Shown: positions 39,197 through 51,625 of the stretch, piece by piece
How the letters are laid out: each line of letters begins with the position of its first letter
Numbering within the stretch: the first letter of the stretch is position 1
Source of the DNA: Lama glama
Taxonomy: Eukaryota
Assembly: GCA_028534125.1 (NCBI GenBank)
Contig: CM052816.1
Span: forward strand, 12,526,001-12,590,000
Direction of reading: 5' to 3'
Length of the DNA stretch: 64,000 bases
Notes under the pieces: generated by a model
The model's database searches: none
What the model was told of the DNA's origin: nothing
The model's input: the letters and a program-made list of their open reading frames with translations, nothing else
Position numbers and translations under genes: made by a program

Positions 39197-39355
39197 TGTG
39201 TTTGTCTTGTTTTGTTTTTAATTAAAAAAAAAATTTTTTTTTCAGGCTGGGGTGGGGGGTAATTAAGTTATTTACTTATCTATTTAAATGGAGGTACTGG
39301 GGATTAAACCCAGGACTTCGTGCATGCTAAGCATGCACTGAGCTATACCCTCCCC
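39197..39355 (-). mobile_element. tRNA-derived SINE, Vic-1 type (camelid)
   Basis: Reverse complement of the 23712 element (GGAGGTACTGGGGATTAAACCCAGGAC...GCATGCTAAGCATGCAC..GAGCTATACCCTCCCC); TSD ACACTTCA(A)GTTTTT at 39183-39196 and 39358-39372. Confidence 0.88.
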
Positions 39356-39888
39356 AAACACTTCAAGTTTTTTGGTGGATTCTGGAGAACTACTGATGAG
39401 GTCACGACCTCACGTTTAGAATAATAAAAATTATTATACATCTCATTCCCTCCGTCTCCTCATTCTCAATGACTCTGGGTTACCATGTCTTAGCTTTCTT
39501 TTTACTTTTTGTATCTATCCTCTAACATTTTCCAACTATTAACTGCCCAACTCTATAGTAAACTTTAACCTTGCAAAGCAACCTGACTCCTACACATCTC
39601 ACTCCCCAAGACTTCCTACCATAAATGCTACACACTCTGGGCTGTATTGAAGGAGAAAGGGGAGAGGAGGAGGGAGAGACTGAAGAAAAAGAAGTAGAAA
39701 GAGGATGAGAAGGAAAAGGAGAAAGAGTAAAGAAGAAAAAATTCAGAAATTCCATCTTTTGAAAATTCTTTTAACCTTTCTCCTAAAGGTGCCCATGAAG
39801 TTTTAAATAACTTATGTCTTCTTTTATTGAAGGAAATTTCCTTTAGAAGTCACTCGATGAGTTTAATTTGCAAATGGTGCTTTTGTAT

Positions 39889-40265
39889 TGTTAAAAAACA
39901 AGACAGCATGCTCAATAATGGGATCACTTATGTTAAGCCTCACATCAGCAAACCGAGATTTAATTACAGTTTTGGCTTTCCCAGAAATGGTATCTTAAAT
40001 CAGGAGACAGCTGATGAGTACACGTTGGGTAATCTGTCTGACAGACCCCCTCCATCCCCTAAAGGAGAGTGACCCTGCAATAAAAATCCTGCTTTTTGTC
40101 TAGTGCACCGTCCTGGTCCCTCTCCTTTCTGGCTGTAAAGGGCACTTTGCACAGCTTCTCCGGAGCTCCTTCCTATCTGCTAGTTTGGATGCTGCCCGAC
40201 TCGAATCAATTTTTGCTCAAATAAACTCTTAAAATTTTAAATGTGCCTCAGTGTATCTTCTCACA
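39889..40265 (+). mobile_element. ERV1-like 5' LTR
   Basis: TG...CA ends (start approximate), AATAAA at 40220-40225, followed by a PBS; its U5 end is repeated at 41359-41401. Confidence 0.78.
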
Positions 40266-40269
40266 GGTC

Positions 40270-40286
40270 TGGTGACAGGAGAGGGA
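40270..40286 (+). promoter_or_regulatory. Retroviral primer-binding site, tRNA-Leu(CAG)-like
   Basis: TGGTGACAGGAGAGGGA vs the recalled complement of the tRNA-Leu 3' end TGGTGTCAGGAGTGGGA (2 mismatches in 17), 4 nt after the LTR CA. Confidence 0.68.
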
Positions 40287-40535
40287 ACCCAAGGAGTCCG
40301 CCGGGGCCCCAGGAGCAACGACCAGCAGCAGGGAAGGTACCTGTGGAGCCCCGAGAGTCGCTGCTTTCTCGCCGCCCCTGAGCTGGTGGGTGAGTTCCCT
40401 CCATCCTCCATCCACAGCTTCTGTGTTAAGAGTTCTCAGACTCCGAGCGTTTCTTCCTCCGGCCTAGGTTCTGAAACTGGAACAAGCTGGAGCTGGGCTG
40501 CGTCGTACATAGACACTGGACTGTTTCCGGTGGTG

Positions 40536-40780
40536 GACTGGGTCCGACTTTGAAACCAGACCGGGTCCAGGGTCAGACCGGGTCCGACTTAGAAACCAGA
40601 CCGGGTCCAGGGTCAGACCGGGTCCGAGGTCAGACCGGGTCCGACTTAGAAACCAGACCCGGTCCAGGGTCAGACCGGGTCCGAGGTCAGACTGGGTCCC
40701 GGGTCAGACCGGGTCCGACTTAGAAACCAGACCGGGTCCAGGGTCAGACCGCTTTCGAAGTCAGACCGGGTCCGACTTCC
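40536..40780 (+). repeat. Higher-order minisatellite in the ERV leader (13 units of 17/23 bp)
   Basis: Units A=GACCGGGTCCGACTTAGAAACCA, B=GACCGGGTCCAGGGTCA, C=GACCGGGTCCGAGGTCA, D=GACCGCTTTCGAAGTCA in order A B A B C A B C B A B D A(partial). Confidence 0.95.
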
Positions 40781-40845
40781 GCTGGTCTGGGTGCAGCGTG
40801 AGGCCTCGGGCGAGTAAAATATTGTTTGAAAGCAGAACAAGCAGT

Positions 40846-40942
40846 AACCTTACCAAAGATAATGGTGAATAACAGTGGCCACAGTGGAGGACTTTTAACC
40901 TAGGTAATCCTTACCCATGTATGAGATGCCCTGGAGAAAAGC
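40846..40942 (+). pseudogene. Decayed gammaretrovirus-like gag matrix fragment
   Basis: Manual translation NLTKDNGE*QWPQWRTFNLG then (frameshift) ILTHV*DALEKS, resembling the QWP-W-GTF/ALE motif of class I ERV Gag. Confidence 0.5.
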
Positions 40943-41358
40943 GCGTCTCAGCCAAGTACTCACCATGAAGGGTGAAGGGAAAATTATTTTCCTTCTTTAA
41001 AGTACCTGCTGGGACACCCTACTCTCTCCAAAGCCTGCACACAGGATCTCAGGAAACCTGGCGGAAGTCGGCAAAGGGTAAGAATCTACCAAAGTCAGTT
41101 CATCCATCTCTGTCTCTCTGTGGTGCCTGGTAGCGAAAGGAAGGTAAACTTTTACGTTGTCCCTTCCTTTCCAAATTCAGATTGGCAGGAAAACTTTTTT
41201 TGTAAGAATTAGACCTTTGGATTATGAGTCATTAATTTGTTTTTGAATACCATTTGTTGTCCATCCTTTCTCTCCCGGGGACAGCTGTTACCTTTTTGTT
41301 TGTGTCATTTTGTGTCCTAAGAACTTGGTTTGGCAACCGTCAAGTTAACTTCGGTTTG

Positions 41359-41401
41359 AAAAAACTCTTAATTTTAATGTGCCTCAGTTTATCTTTTAAC
41401 A
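41359..41401 (+). mobile_element. Terminal (U5) fragment of the ERV 3' LTR
   Basis: AAAAAACTCTTAATTTTAATGTGCCTCAGTTTATCTTTTAACA aligns to 40220-40265 AATAAACTCTTAAAATTTTAAATGTGCCTCAGTGTATCTTCTCACA. Confidence 0.8.
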
Positions 41402-41859
41402 ATTCAGAGAGAGAACTGCTAACAAGAGGAAAAGTGAAAACTCAAAGTTATATCACCTTAAATTGATCACTAAAGATTTGCCACTTGATAGAAAGAATGG
41501 CATCTGATTTGACAAAGTGCCTCCTCATTTGGCCTCCTTCACTGCTCACACACATCCTCTGTGGGAATCTTGCATGGAAAATCGAGGATACATGAGAAGG
41601 ACAACACTGACCCATTAAATACAGGGATGGAAAGCAGAATGAAAAGCAGAGAAACAGACATTGCCACAGCTTCAGGATGGAAACTCCAGGAAGTGCCCGT
41701 TCTCTTATTCAATTAATATACATTGCATGCCATCTGCATGCCAGGGAGAAGAGCCTCACACAGTACGTGTGTTAATACAAGAGAGGATAATTGAGAGCTG
41801 CTGTCATTTTAATGTTTCCTGTGGGCCAGCCCTGCCCCAGATGCCTTCCATTTATTCAT

Positions 41860-42040
41860 TTACTTAATCCTCACAGTAACCTTCTTGGGTGGGAACAATT
41901 ATCTACCGTTGATAAGCAAGGAAGCTGAGACACAGAAAAGTTAAAGAAGGTGTGCAATGTCAGGCAGCTTAGATTATGTGCTGTAGCTTAGATTCAAACC
42001 AGGTGGTTGGAACTAGAACCCACGTTTTTACCACTAAGCC
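41860..42040 (-). mobile_element. MIR SINE
   Basis: TTAATCCTCACAGTAACC...GGAAGCTGAGACACAGAAAAGTTAAAGAA...GATTCAAACCAGG. Confidence 0.72.
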
Positions 42041-45000
42041 AATCTCATCCTTCTTCTCTGAGGAGCCATCATCTTTGGCAAATATTTAGAATCTCTCCTT
42101 GAGTATCATCCACATTTTCTTGCCTAGTTCACCTTGTGATCAGAGAAATAGATTTTAGGATGAGTGCATGCAAGGTGTGTATGTCAAAAAACACAAGTCA
42201 GTGGATTAAAATGCTATGGGAAATTCATACTTAATAAGGAGCAGATGGACTAAAATATCTTTGGTATAGGACAGGGAATTTAAGTCAGCCAAGAGGTTAA
42301 ATAAAGAATTGATCCAATCTTCCTGGAGACGAGCACAGCATCCAGCTGCTGGCTGTGAAAGAGAAACAGCAACTGGAAATCTTGAGTGCTCAGCTGGGCT
42401 TGTGCTTTGTGCACATTGCCTTGTTAAGTACGACACTGAGCTGAAATTTGACACACTGGGTGGGCAACTCAACCAATTCATTTGTGTGTTACAGATTTTT
42501 TCCCAAGAAGGGAAAAACATACTGAGGTGGGAAAGGGTGTTGGATCAAACCCTTGATGTTCTTTTATTAAGAATTTTTTTTAAAGCCCATTAGATGCTCA
42601 GGCTTTTGAGACGATTATGCAGTTTGATAAAACATAACCCAAGTGAATTATTTATAAAGCTGCAGGAAGCTGAAAACTCTGGTGAACAAATCTTTCTGAT
42701 GCCTTCATCTCCTAGAGGGCTGTTTTGGTGCTACCTTCTGTTCCCTTCTGCAGATATTCTGGGCTTTCTTTGGCTGTGGTCGCCCATTTACCTCAACAGG
42801 CAAAGAGAGGCAAAGGATGTGAAAGGCGTATCTAGTCAAGATGTCCCTCTGAGCCCTTAGTGCCCCCACCTGCATCTGCCAGACTGGTGAAGAGAGATGA
42901 GACAGTGGCGAGGGAAGATGAAAGACAGTGGACCCATATACATACATGTCTGCATGTACACGTACTTATACATGAACAGTTGTTTTCTAAACAGAGCCTA
43001 AATGTGGTAATAATGTCTGTCAGTCACCAAAGGTTCCTCCCAACACTTTATAGGCGCTATTTAAAAAATCTGTTTCACAATCCAAGGAACACACGTGGAT
43101 TCCCTTTTTCGTTCCTTTTTTGGTTTTTTTAAATAATGTCACTATCATCAGATCACACAAAGGAATCTGAATCTGCACTATTGGAGTTTTCCTTTTGCAA
43201 ATAAGCCCTTTTTGAGGCCATACAACTCTTTTCCTTTCTGTAGGGGAAAAAGACTGAAGCATTGGCATCAGACAAACCTAGCTTTGAATCCTACTCCCAC
43301 CCCTGGGTAAAGGGAACACTTCTGAACTTGTTTCTTCAAAGTGACAGTACAGATAACAATAACTACAGTTTTGAGTCTTTGGGAGAACTGTGGAATTGTT
43401 ATAGTAAATCATAACACCTAATACATCTTGGGTCTGTAGGAATAGTAACTATTACGATGCTAGCTCATTCATTCAGTAATATTGAAGAGTCTTCTAGGAA
43501 CCAAAAACTATTTCAGGCACAGAGGCTACAGCTGACTTCATAGATTCCTAGTCTTTGTGGAGACTACAGTCTTTAAAATCATTAGTATTTGTACTAAAGT
43601 TGAGTGGAACTGGTGGGAATGGACAGGACTTTATTCCAGATCAGGGGTTGTCCCCTCAGCTGCATTGTGTTCCCTGACAAAGGGCTTTGACAAGATCATA
43701 TAATCCCAACTTCTCACCTCGCAACATCAAAATCAAGTGGTGGTAGAGTCATTGTCCTCCTGAATAGAGGAATCCTCAGGGAGGGAGAGGAAAAAGCAAC
43801 TATCCATGGAACAGCAGGTTAATATATCGGTGTGGAGTGTTATTCTTCTGTTTGTTGTTGTTCCTCAAATTCTCTTGCCTGCTTGTGATTAAGGTAGTAA
43901 TGTCACATTGGGCTGGTGTTCTACTTTGGGAAAAAAATGTAAGTAGATAATTCTGATACCTACGTCATTCTTGTAAGTAGATAATTATCTCCCTTCACCT
44001 GTTGGTTTGGTATACAGATAGAGCCGAAGCCGTTTCCTCTCACTGAAAATTAGAACATGACTCAGTCGGCTATGTTTTTATTCCTCCATAGTAGGAAGGT
44101 GATGTTTGCAAAGAGCTGGAGAGTGTACATCTCTGGCAAGTCAGAAAAAGCAAGGTTTTAAATGCATGATTTCCAAAAGGAAGCCTCACTCATCTCATAA
44201 CTGATTGAAATTGTATAAAATTTTATTTAGTAAAGATGTGCCTTAAATTACTTGGTAAGTATGGTACTAAGTACTAAATGTATATAAATTTTGAGTAAGT
44301 TAAACTTTTAAGTACACAAAAGTTTTGATATTTAAAATAATTCTACTCTTAATTATTTTTAAGAAATAAAACTATAACCTTTTTATTTCTTTTATGTAAA
44401 TTCAGATTTACATATGTACTAACATTTTGAGATTCAAAATGATCATATTTCTAATAGTACAAAATAAAAACCCGCACATACTAAATGTGTTCCTAAATTG
44501 TGATATTCTGGTTTTTATTTTTATGCCATTAAGTATGTTACAGGATCATATTCCAATAATAAGCATGCATAATTTTTATAATGAGAAAAATATTGTAAAA
44601 ACAAATAGAAGTAATATATATACATGGCATATTTATTTTTCTAAGTTACTTTAATTTAAATTAATTTCACTTAAATATACTCCAGTAAACATGGCCCTTT
44701 AAGGCAGGCTCAGAAACAAGGCTGGGAATCATCAGTCTGATCTAGCTCCCAAATGTCATTTGTACATCATTTGTCAGTCATTGTACATCAATTTAACGGG
44801 TTTTGCCAAAATCTATGTATGACCTTTATCATATATATTTTAAACCTTGTATTTCTTACCTCAAAAGATTAATTGAAAATGAAGTTTTATTTCCCAATCC
44901 CACCTGGGAAGTGATGATAATTTGCCATGAAGAAAAGGAAAGCCTAAAAGTAAATATAATTAACATTAAATTCCAGCCAAATATAATTTCCTCTTCAAAG

Positions 45001-45999
45001 GCTCTGATCATCAGGTTTTTTTTTCACTATTCATTAAAAAAAAATGAAGATAAGCAGAGGTTTGAGGAGGTTAAAGATAATCTAGCACTTAACTGAGAGC
45101 TTCTCTTTGTAATACGTAGAAATACTGAATTACCCATATATTCTATTACTATTTGTTATATACAGATGCTAAAGTAAAACTGAAAAAGGAATCATGAAAG
45201 TGTGAATTTGTTTTAATCCTGATGCCCTTGCCACCTGTTAGCATTTCCTGTCCAATTATGTCTCCCATGCTTGGAGAACCGCTGGTCTAAACCAGCTTGG
45301 GCAAATGAAGTAACAGTGCCTTCTAAAGGACCTCCAGAATCAGAGAGCTCACAATTTTCTCGTCATTGATTACCATGATTATGATGGTGACCATACATCG
45401 CAATCCAGCTTTACACTGCTGCCCCAGCATAGTCATTCACCGCATTCCCTTTTACACTCCAGCGTGTCTGGTTTGTGACAGTCCATTACTGCTCATTCAT
45501 CTGCCCATCATTTTTTGAGCACCTACTCCAGCTCTTACTCTGTGGTAATGACTGGAAATACAAAGATGAGTAAGTTAGTATCCAGCCCTCAAAGAGCTCA
45601 CAAACAGGAGACCATGACAAAGGACCCCTCAGCGTTAGTGCACGGTGATAAGGTTGGTGCCGTGTGCTGGTGGCATCACAGGGAAGAACAGACAAATCAA
45701 AGGAGCACGGCAGTTTCCTCAGTGTGAAGGGCAACAGGACCAGCTAATGAGTGACGTAGGGATGGAGGGACATCTCCACAGAGGCAGATAGGTCTTTCTT
45801 TCATAAAACAGTGGGGTTTTTTCCTTCATGTTCCTGAGTGCTCGGGGACCTGCTGTGGTAAGGATTAAAGTGGGAAGAACACGTACAGTCTCCTACTCTT
45901 ACTGTTTCAGTGAGTATAAGGCATGAGAAAGCCTGCCCTGCCCGGTGAATCTTCTGTAGAGACGGATAAAAACATTTGCAGAGGAAAGATTATTCTCCA

Positions 46000-46520
46000 A
46001 AATTTACTCGTTTTAAAACATTCATCAGATCATGTTACATCCTGGCTTAAAACCCTTCATGGTTTGATCCTTGTTCCCAGAATAAAAGCCACACTACTCC
46101 TCAGGACCCATCAGGTCTGCCCTTCCTCTGCAGCGACATCGCCTGCTATTCTTGCGCTAACTCACTAAGCTTTGACGATCTTCCAGTATGCCAAATTCTT
46201 TCCCACTTGAGCTCTTGTCTCTACTTTGGCTGTTCCCTCTGCCTCGAGCACTGTGCCTCCTGCACTTTAAAAGTCTGGCTCATTTGTATGCTTCAGGTCT
46301 CAGTCCAAACGTCACCCAGTTAGGCTTTCCCTGATCCATCCATTCCTGTGCACCTCACCCAGCTCGCCACATTTGTCTTCATAGCGCCGACCTCCATGTA
46401 TCTGCGTCTTGTTCGTGGTCTGTCTTTCTCAGGAAGGGAGGAGCAGGACTGTAGTGTTCCTTGTGACGAGCACAGTGAGTGGCAACTAAATAAGCATTCA
46501 ACAAATATTTGTTGACTGTA
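46000..46520 (+). mobile_element. L2 LINE 3' fragment
   Basis: CAGATCATGTTACATCCTGGCTTAAAACCCTTCATGG...CTTCAGGTCTCAG...GCACAGTGAGTGGCA...CAACAAATATTTGTTGACTG. Confidence 0.75.
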
Positions 46521-48081
46521 TTAATAGACAAGTTTGGGGGCAAAAAAAAAAAAAAGAAAAGAAAATATGGTCAAGTACTTATATAATCAAAGTAACTCAT
46601 GAAGTTCTCAAAACTCATGTTCTGTCCTCACTCAGCTTTTGGGACAGATGGGCTTGGAAAGAGCAAGGCTAAAGTCTGAGTTTCCAGGTATGTGGGTTCT
46701 CAGTGAGGTTGAAAAAAGGCCAACTGGTAGGAGCCTCACAGAAAAGATGAAAGAAGATTATTCATCCCTTCAGGGACACTTGCCAAGGGATGCAATGAGT
46801 CTGTGTCTGCAGTGAGGCTGCAAAGTCTTTTCATACTTTGAATATCCATTTCCAGGTTACACAAAGGACTTCTCAGGTGACCTTGAGTGAGCCATTTAGG
46901 TAAGTTTCTGTGTTACTTAAATGAACCATCTCTTACGGAGAGAAGTGATGAGGCTTGTTAATTTACATTTGTAAAAACACTTTGAAACCTCTGGATGAAA
47001 GAATTTCTGCACAGAGGTACAAAGGATGAGGTAATGTGCTGGGTCAAACGTCGCCCTTTCACAGAAGCAGAGTGGGAGTAAGCAGGCTTGAGGACACTTA
47101 AGGGACGTTTCTGACATTATTTTTCAAACTAATCTTCTAAGAAAACACCCTACTTTCAAGATAACAAGCATTTTAATCACATGTATAAGTTATTATTCTA
47201 GTAATTATTTCCCTCTAACATGTCTCTCCTGAAATCTCAGCTTTGTGTAAAGGGAATCTTTAGGGGGATTTGCCTGTGAGGTGTTCCCCCTACAATGCCG
47301 CCTTTAGTTTGTTCCTTTTTCCCCTACATCAGTGCTGTCAGTTCCCCAGCATAACAGTCTTTGTTGCTGAGCTGATTGGGACCCAAGCGAGGTCATTTCA
47401 TCAGTTCTTGGCAGATGTTTACAAGGTACAGTCAGAGATTAGAGTAAGCTTAAGAAGGAGAACAGAGAAAGAACTTCAAAGAAACTGCCAGTCTATGAGT
47501 TAATTATATCCACTTATAAAAATGGTATTAATAGTTACTTAAGAAATAATACCAATAGGATAGAACATTTTCTTAGGATAATGATTCTTTCAGCAACGTA
47601 AATACAGACTCAAAGATAAGACATTAATTGTGAAGCTGTCAAGGTACAAGCTAAGCTTACAAAAAAAAAAAAAGAAAGAAATGGGCAACTACCTTTTCCA
47701 ACACGCCACACCAATTATACATTTGTGATTGTGCCCATGTGAATATATAGCTTTCTTATGTTTTTCCTGACCTTACAGTTTTGTTTTCTTTGGGAGGGAG
47801 GTGGGCGATAAACAGTCATATTATTTGCTCTCAGGAGCAGGAAGAATTTATCTGTCTTACTACACCTCCCTGAAAGAGGACTGAGCTTTTTGTCCCTTTC
47901 AGGGGATGCAGACAGGGTGCTTATCCTGGGGAAATGTTCCTTCAGAAAGCTGCCGATCTTGGTGCTCCTTCTCTGTACATCTTATCTCTGGCTTCTTTTT
48001 AAACTTTACCTCTGAAATCTCTTCTTCCTCAAGACATGGCTGGGCCCCTTTTTAACTGCTCAGAGGCCATGCACAGTTGAG

Positions 48082-48706
48082 TTTTTTCCAGGTCAAGTCC
48101 TGCATACTGTCAATGAATGTACCAGCAGGCAGGTAGCTAGATATGAGCAGAGAAAGAGGGGCACAGGACAAATGGCAGGAAACCATACAGTTTGTGAACA
48201 ACAGGGGTCCTTGGGCAGACAGAGAAAAGCAGGAACCTCCAGACTGATAAGAAATCACACATTGTGGAGTGACAAGTGTCCTGAAGGTAGGCAAAGAGAG
48301 ATGGGAAAAAGCAGGAATCTCTGGAGTCCGAAAGTAACCTTTTGCTTATTATGCCCTCATTACAATAAAACTGGCCTTGCAGATGAGAAGTACCCGTCCT
48401 GCACTGATGCCATGACACTTCTGATCCAGACTAAATAAGGACAAAAACCCCTCCTCCCTTCGGGAAGGTGGAGCCGGGACGGAGTCCAAATCCCTCCCTC
48501 TCCAATGATTATTCTGCCCAGTCATTTTTCACACTTTCTGTAACCAGCTGGCCAAAGAAACTCAGGGCAGTTACTCACTGGAGCCTGCCTGCTCTGCCCT
48601 GGAGGGCAGACTATCACTCATTAAATGCTCACTTTACTTTCTTGACCTCCGTGTCTCATCTCAGAATTCCTTGTGCAATGAGAGAAGAACCTAATCTCTG
48701 GCAACA
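48082..48706 (+). mobile_element. ERV1-like solo LTR with 4-bp TSD
   Basis: TGAG flanks both sides (48078-48081 and 48707-48710); ATTAAA polyA signal; ends CTGGCAACA; 5' TG appears mutated to TT. Confidence 0.7.
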
Positions 48707-51625
48707 TGAGTATGCACTAGCTCATTACTGGGTACATCCTGGACCATATCCACGATTCTAGTTATGTGAACACTGCATATGGAGCCACAGGAGACGTTGC
48801 CTACATCCAGCCTTAGGGCTCAGGATTTCTTCTTGTCCTTAACATGAACTATGTGAGTGGAGTGGGGCCAGTCTACTCACTGACCACCGGGTGCCTATAT
48901 TTCCCTTTTTGTACCAAAGTTTTCTTAGCTTTTGAACTAGTTATCTTAATAGACGCCTGTCACTTCACACTAGCGGAAAGATGGAATGCAAAGTCCCTAG
49001 GAACTGAATTGTTAACTTCTCCCCACCTTCAGATTCATCACCTTGACAGGATAGTTTTGAACATTATGACATGATGGGAAATGGCTGATCCATTAAATTC
49101 CTGTAGTCAAGGCATTGTAAACAAAGAATAAGGTATACAAGGAAAACGGTATTTCAAAGTAAGTGATGAATGCAGGGTTTTCTCTAGCTTTTGGTAGGAC
49201 ACCTGTTTGTTCTGTTTGGAAAAAAGCCTGATGGTCTTGACTTAAAGTAAGGAGCTCAGGGATCATCACCATCACCTACTCAGGCAATATCAATTATATA
49301 TTGAGAATCCACTGAGTGCAAAGCATGCTACAATATACTTGCTAAGAAAATTTATTATTCCTGCAAAACAAGGTAATCTTTAAAGGATGAATCCAAAGAA
49401 ATGGAAACACCAATTTTTCAGTCTCTTAACTGAGCACAAAGCAGACACACAAGTTTGGGTTATATAGAGCAGTCTGCAAATGGGCACTTCTTTGCATCCA
49501 GTTACTGATTCTTTAAATTGTCTCAGAATCTTCTACATTTAGAAATGGCATCAAAATCCTTCAATGACTATAGGAAAGGAAATCAGATAGACCACTTGTT
49601 TATAAGAACATCTCAATCTGATGTTGATCAGACAGCATTTATGTTCATGTCTAACCACTGACTGTTCTCAAAAGCATATGCTTAGTACCTTGTACAGCTC
49701 ACCAGAAGTTTTCAGGTAGGAAGGTGGGGTGGTAAAGCGTGGGCCTTTGAGACTGATAGATTTGGATTTGAGTCCAGGTTCACCCCTTACTTAGAGTCAT
49801 CTCTCTGTAGGTGAGTGAGTAATCTTGCCTCCATTTCCCCTTCTCTAAAGTGGGTATAATAGCATTGAATTCATATAGTTGTGCAGAGGAAGTGAGATCA
49901 AGTGTAAAAAAGCATAGCAGTAGAAAGTCTAAAAGTAGTAAGCAGTCAAGAAACATGAATAATTTTCTTATTTCTCTCACTTTGAATTAAAGTATAAGTG
50001 TCAGTGAATGAAGGACGCAAGGACTTTTAGGGATGGTGATCTCTCTCCTGTGAACTTTTGCAAATCCACTTAAGATCTATTTTAATTTCCTGGCAACTGT
50101 ACATAATCATGTACTATCTCTTGTGTTATTTAATATTCTAATCATACCATAACATACACTGGTTATACCTTTAACCAGTATTATCTCTCCAGCGGAATAA
50201 AAGGTTCTTGAGCAGAGGGCCTGCTAGCATCTTTTATACGTGCACTTTTAGGGTACATTTAAAGCATTCAATATGTATTTTTCTAATGATTAACCTGAAT
50301 AACATGATTAATACCTATGATAGAACCGTGACACTTATCAACTTATTTATAAGTTTTTTTGAAGACAGAAATTACAGTGTGTAGGTACTTACTGAAGCTC
50401 CAGTGTATGTAGGACACTGTCTTCATACAGCTATTCTTCCCATCTCATTGGTCACTATGTCTTGATCTTACATATTTTAGCATTCATAGGAAGTAGTATT
50501 GTGTCTTCTCACACATAGAAAATAGTCTGTGTTTGATGCATAAAAGAATAAATAGTCTTAAATAGTATAAACTTTGGTGAAATTGAAACATTGGAGTATA
50601 GCTCAATGAAGTAAGAGGGAGGTACATATAGTCAAAGGGAAAATATGATCACAGATGATCTATACAGCTCCAGGCAATTCAGGTCTTATAAAGCTCTTCT
50701 AGGTTGGTGGGGATGACAGACGATGCTATGACATCCCAGGTGAAGTTGGCAGTCTCAAACACTGCACAAGTCATCATGATAAACTGACTTTCCAGAGTCT
50801 AACAATAAACTATGCCCAAACTGCTGCCGATTACTCCATGGGATGAAAAGAAGAGAAATGGTTGTTTGAAGTTATTTTAGGATTTGCAAACTTGAAACAA
50901 TTAGGTTTGTCTTAGTGATTCACTAAGGAGTGAATCACTGTAGGAGTCCTCAGTTGAATCTGTCCTACCTTGCAGATAAAAAGCGATGAGTCTCACGATT
51001 CATGAACATTTATAAAAAGCTTTTTCTTACAGTTCTATGATGAGGCTCCTCTATTTTGGTGGTGGGAGGAGTGTTTTAGAATAAAAACACTTCCTTGAAT
51101 TCAGTTGTTTAATATTGTGCTTTGGGGGATATCAGTGTAAATAATTTACACACACCTGCCCTGGGAAGGATGCAGATACATATATAAGCAAGTCGAATAT
51201 AAAGTGGAATGATAAGTATGACACACAAAAAAATTCTTAGTGCTTATGATCTACAGATTGCTTTACAGAAGGCTCAATTTTTTGCCACATTCTTCACCCT
51301 GCATATTCTGAACTCTCACCATTCCTCACTTGAAACGACTATTAATAGCTTACAGATTTTAAGATATCAATACACATCTTCTCAAGTTCTCTACATGAGA
51401 TGTTGAGCATATTTATTTATTATCTGAGCCTCTGTTTTACCTGATGTGTAATCCCACTGATGGTACAATATCCTTCCCATGCAGTAGTATTAAAGTCCTA
51501 AAATTTCTAGTAAACGCTGATTTTCCTCTAGCAACATGATGAATGACCCTCAAACCTCCATTTTGGTCACTAGACCTCTTAGGACTTCTTGTTGTTTTTG
51601 TAATGTTATTAAGAAGGCACATCTT

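Noticed and set aside
40251..40553. 100-aa ORF in the ERV leader
   Set aside because: Spans the LTR end and PBS, has a non-ATG start and no Gag similarity; expected by chance in GC-rich sequence
40536..40780. CRISPR-like array (constant core with variable intervening sequence)
   Set aside because: Intervening segments are only 7-13 nt and recur, the context is a mammalian ERV leader, and there are no cas genes; it is a minisatellite
47690..48037. Possible additional minus-strand LTR fragment
   Set aside because: LTR-like composition, but no terminus pair, TSD or family I could recognise
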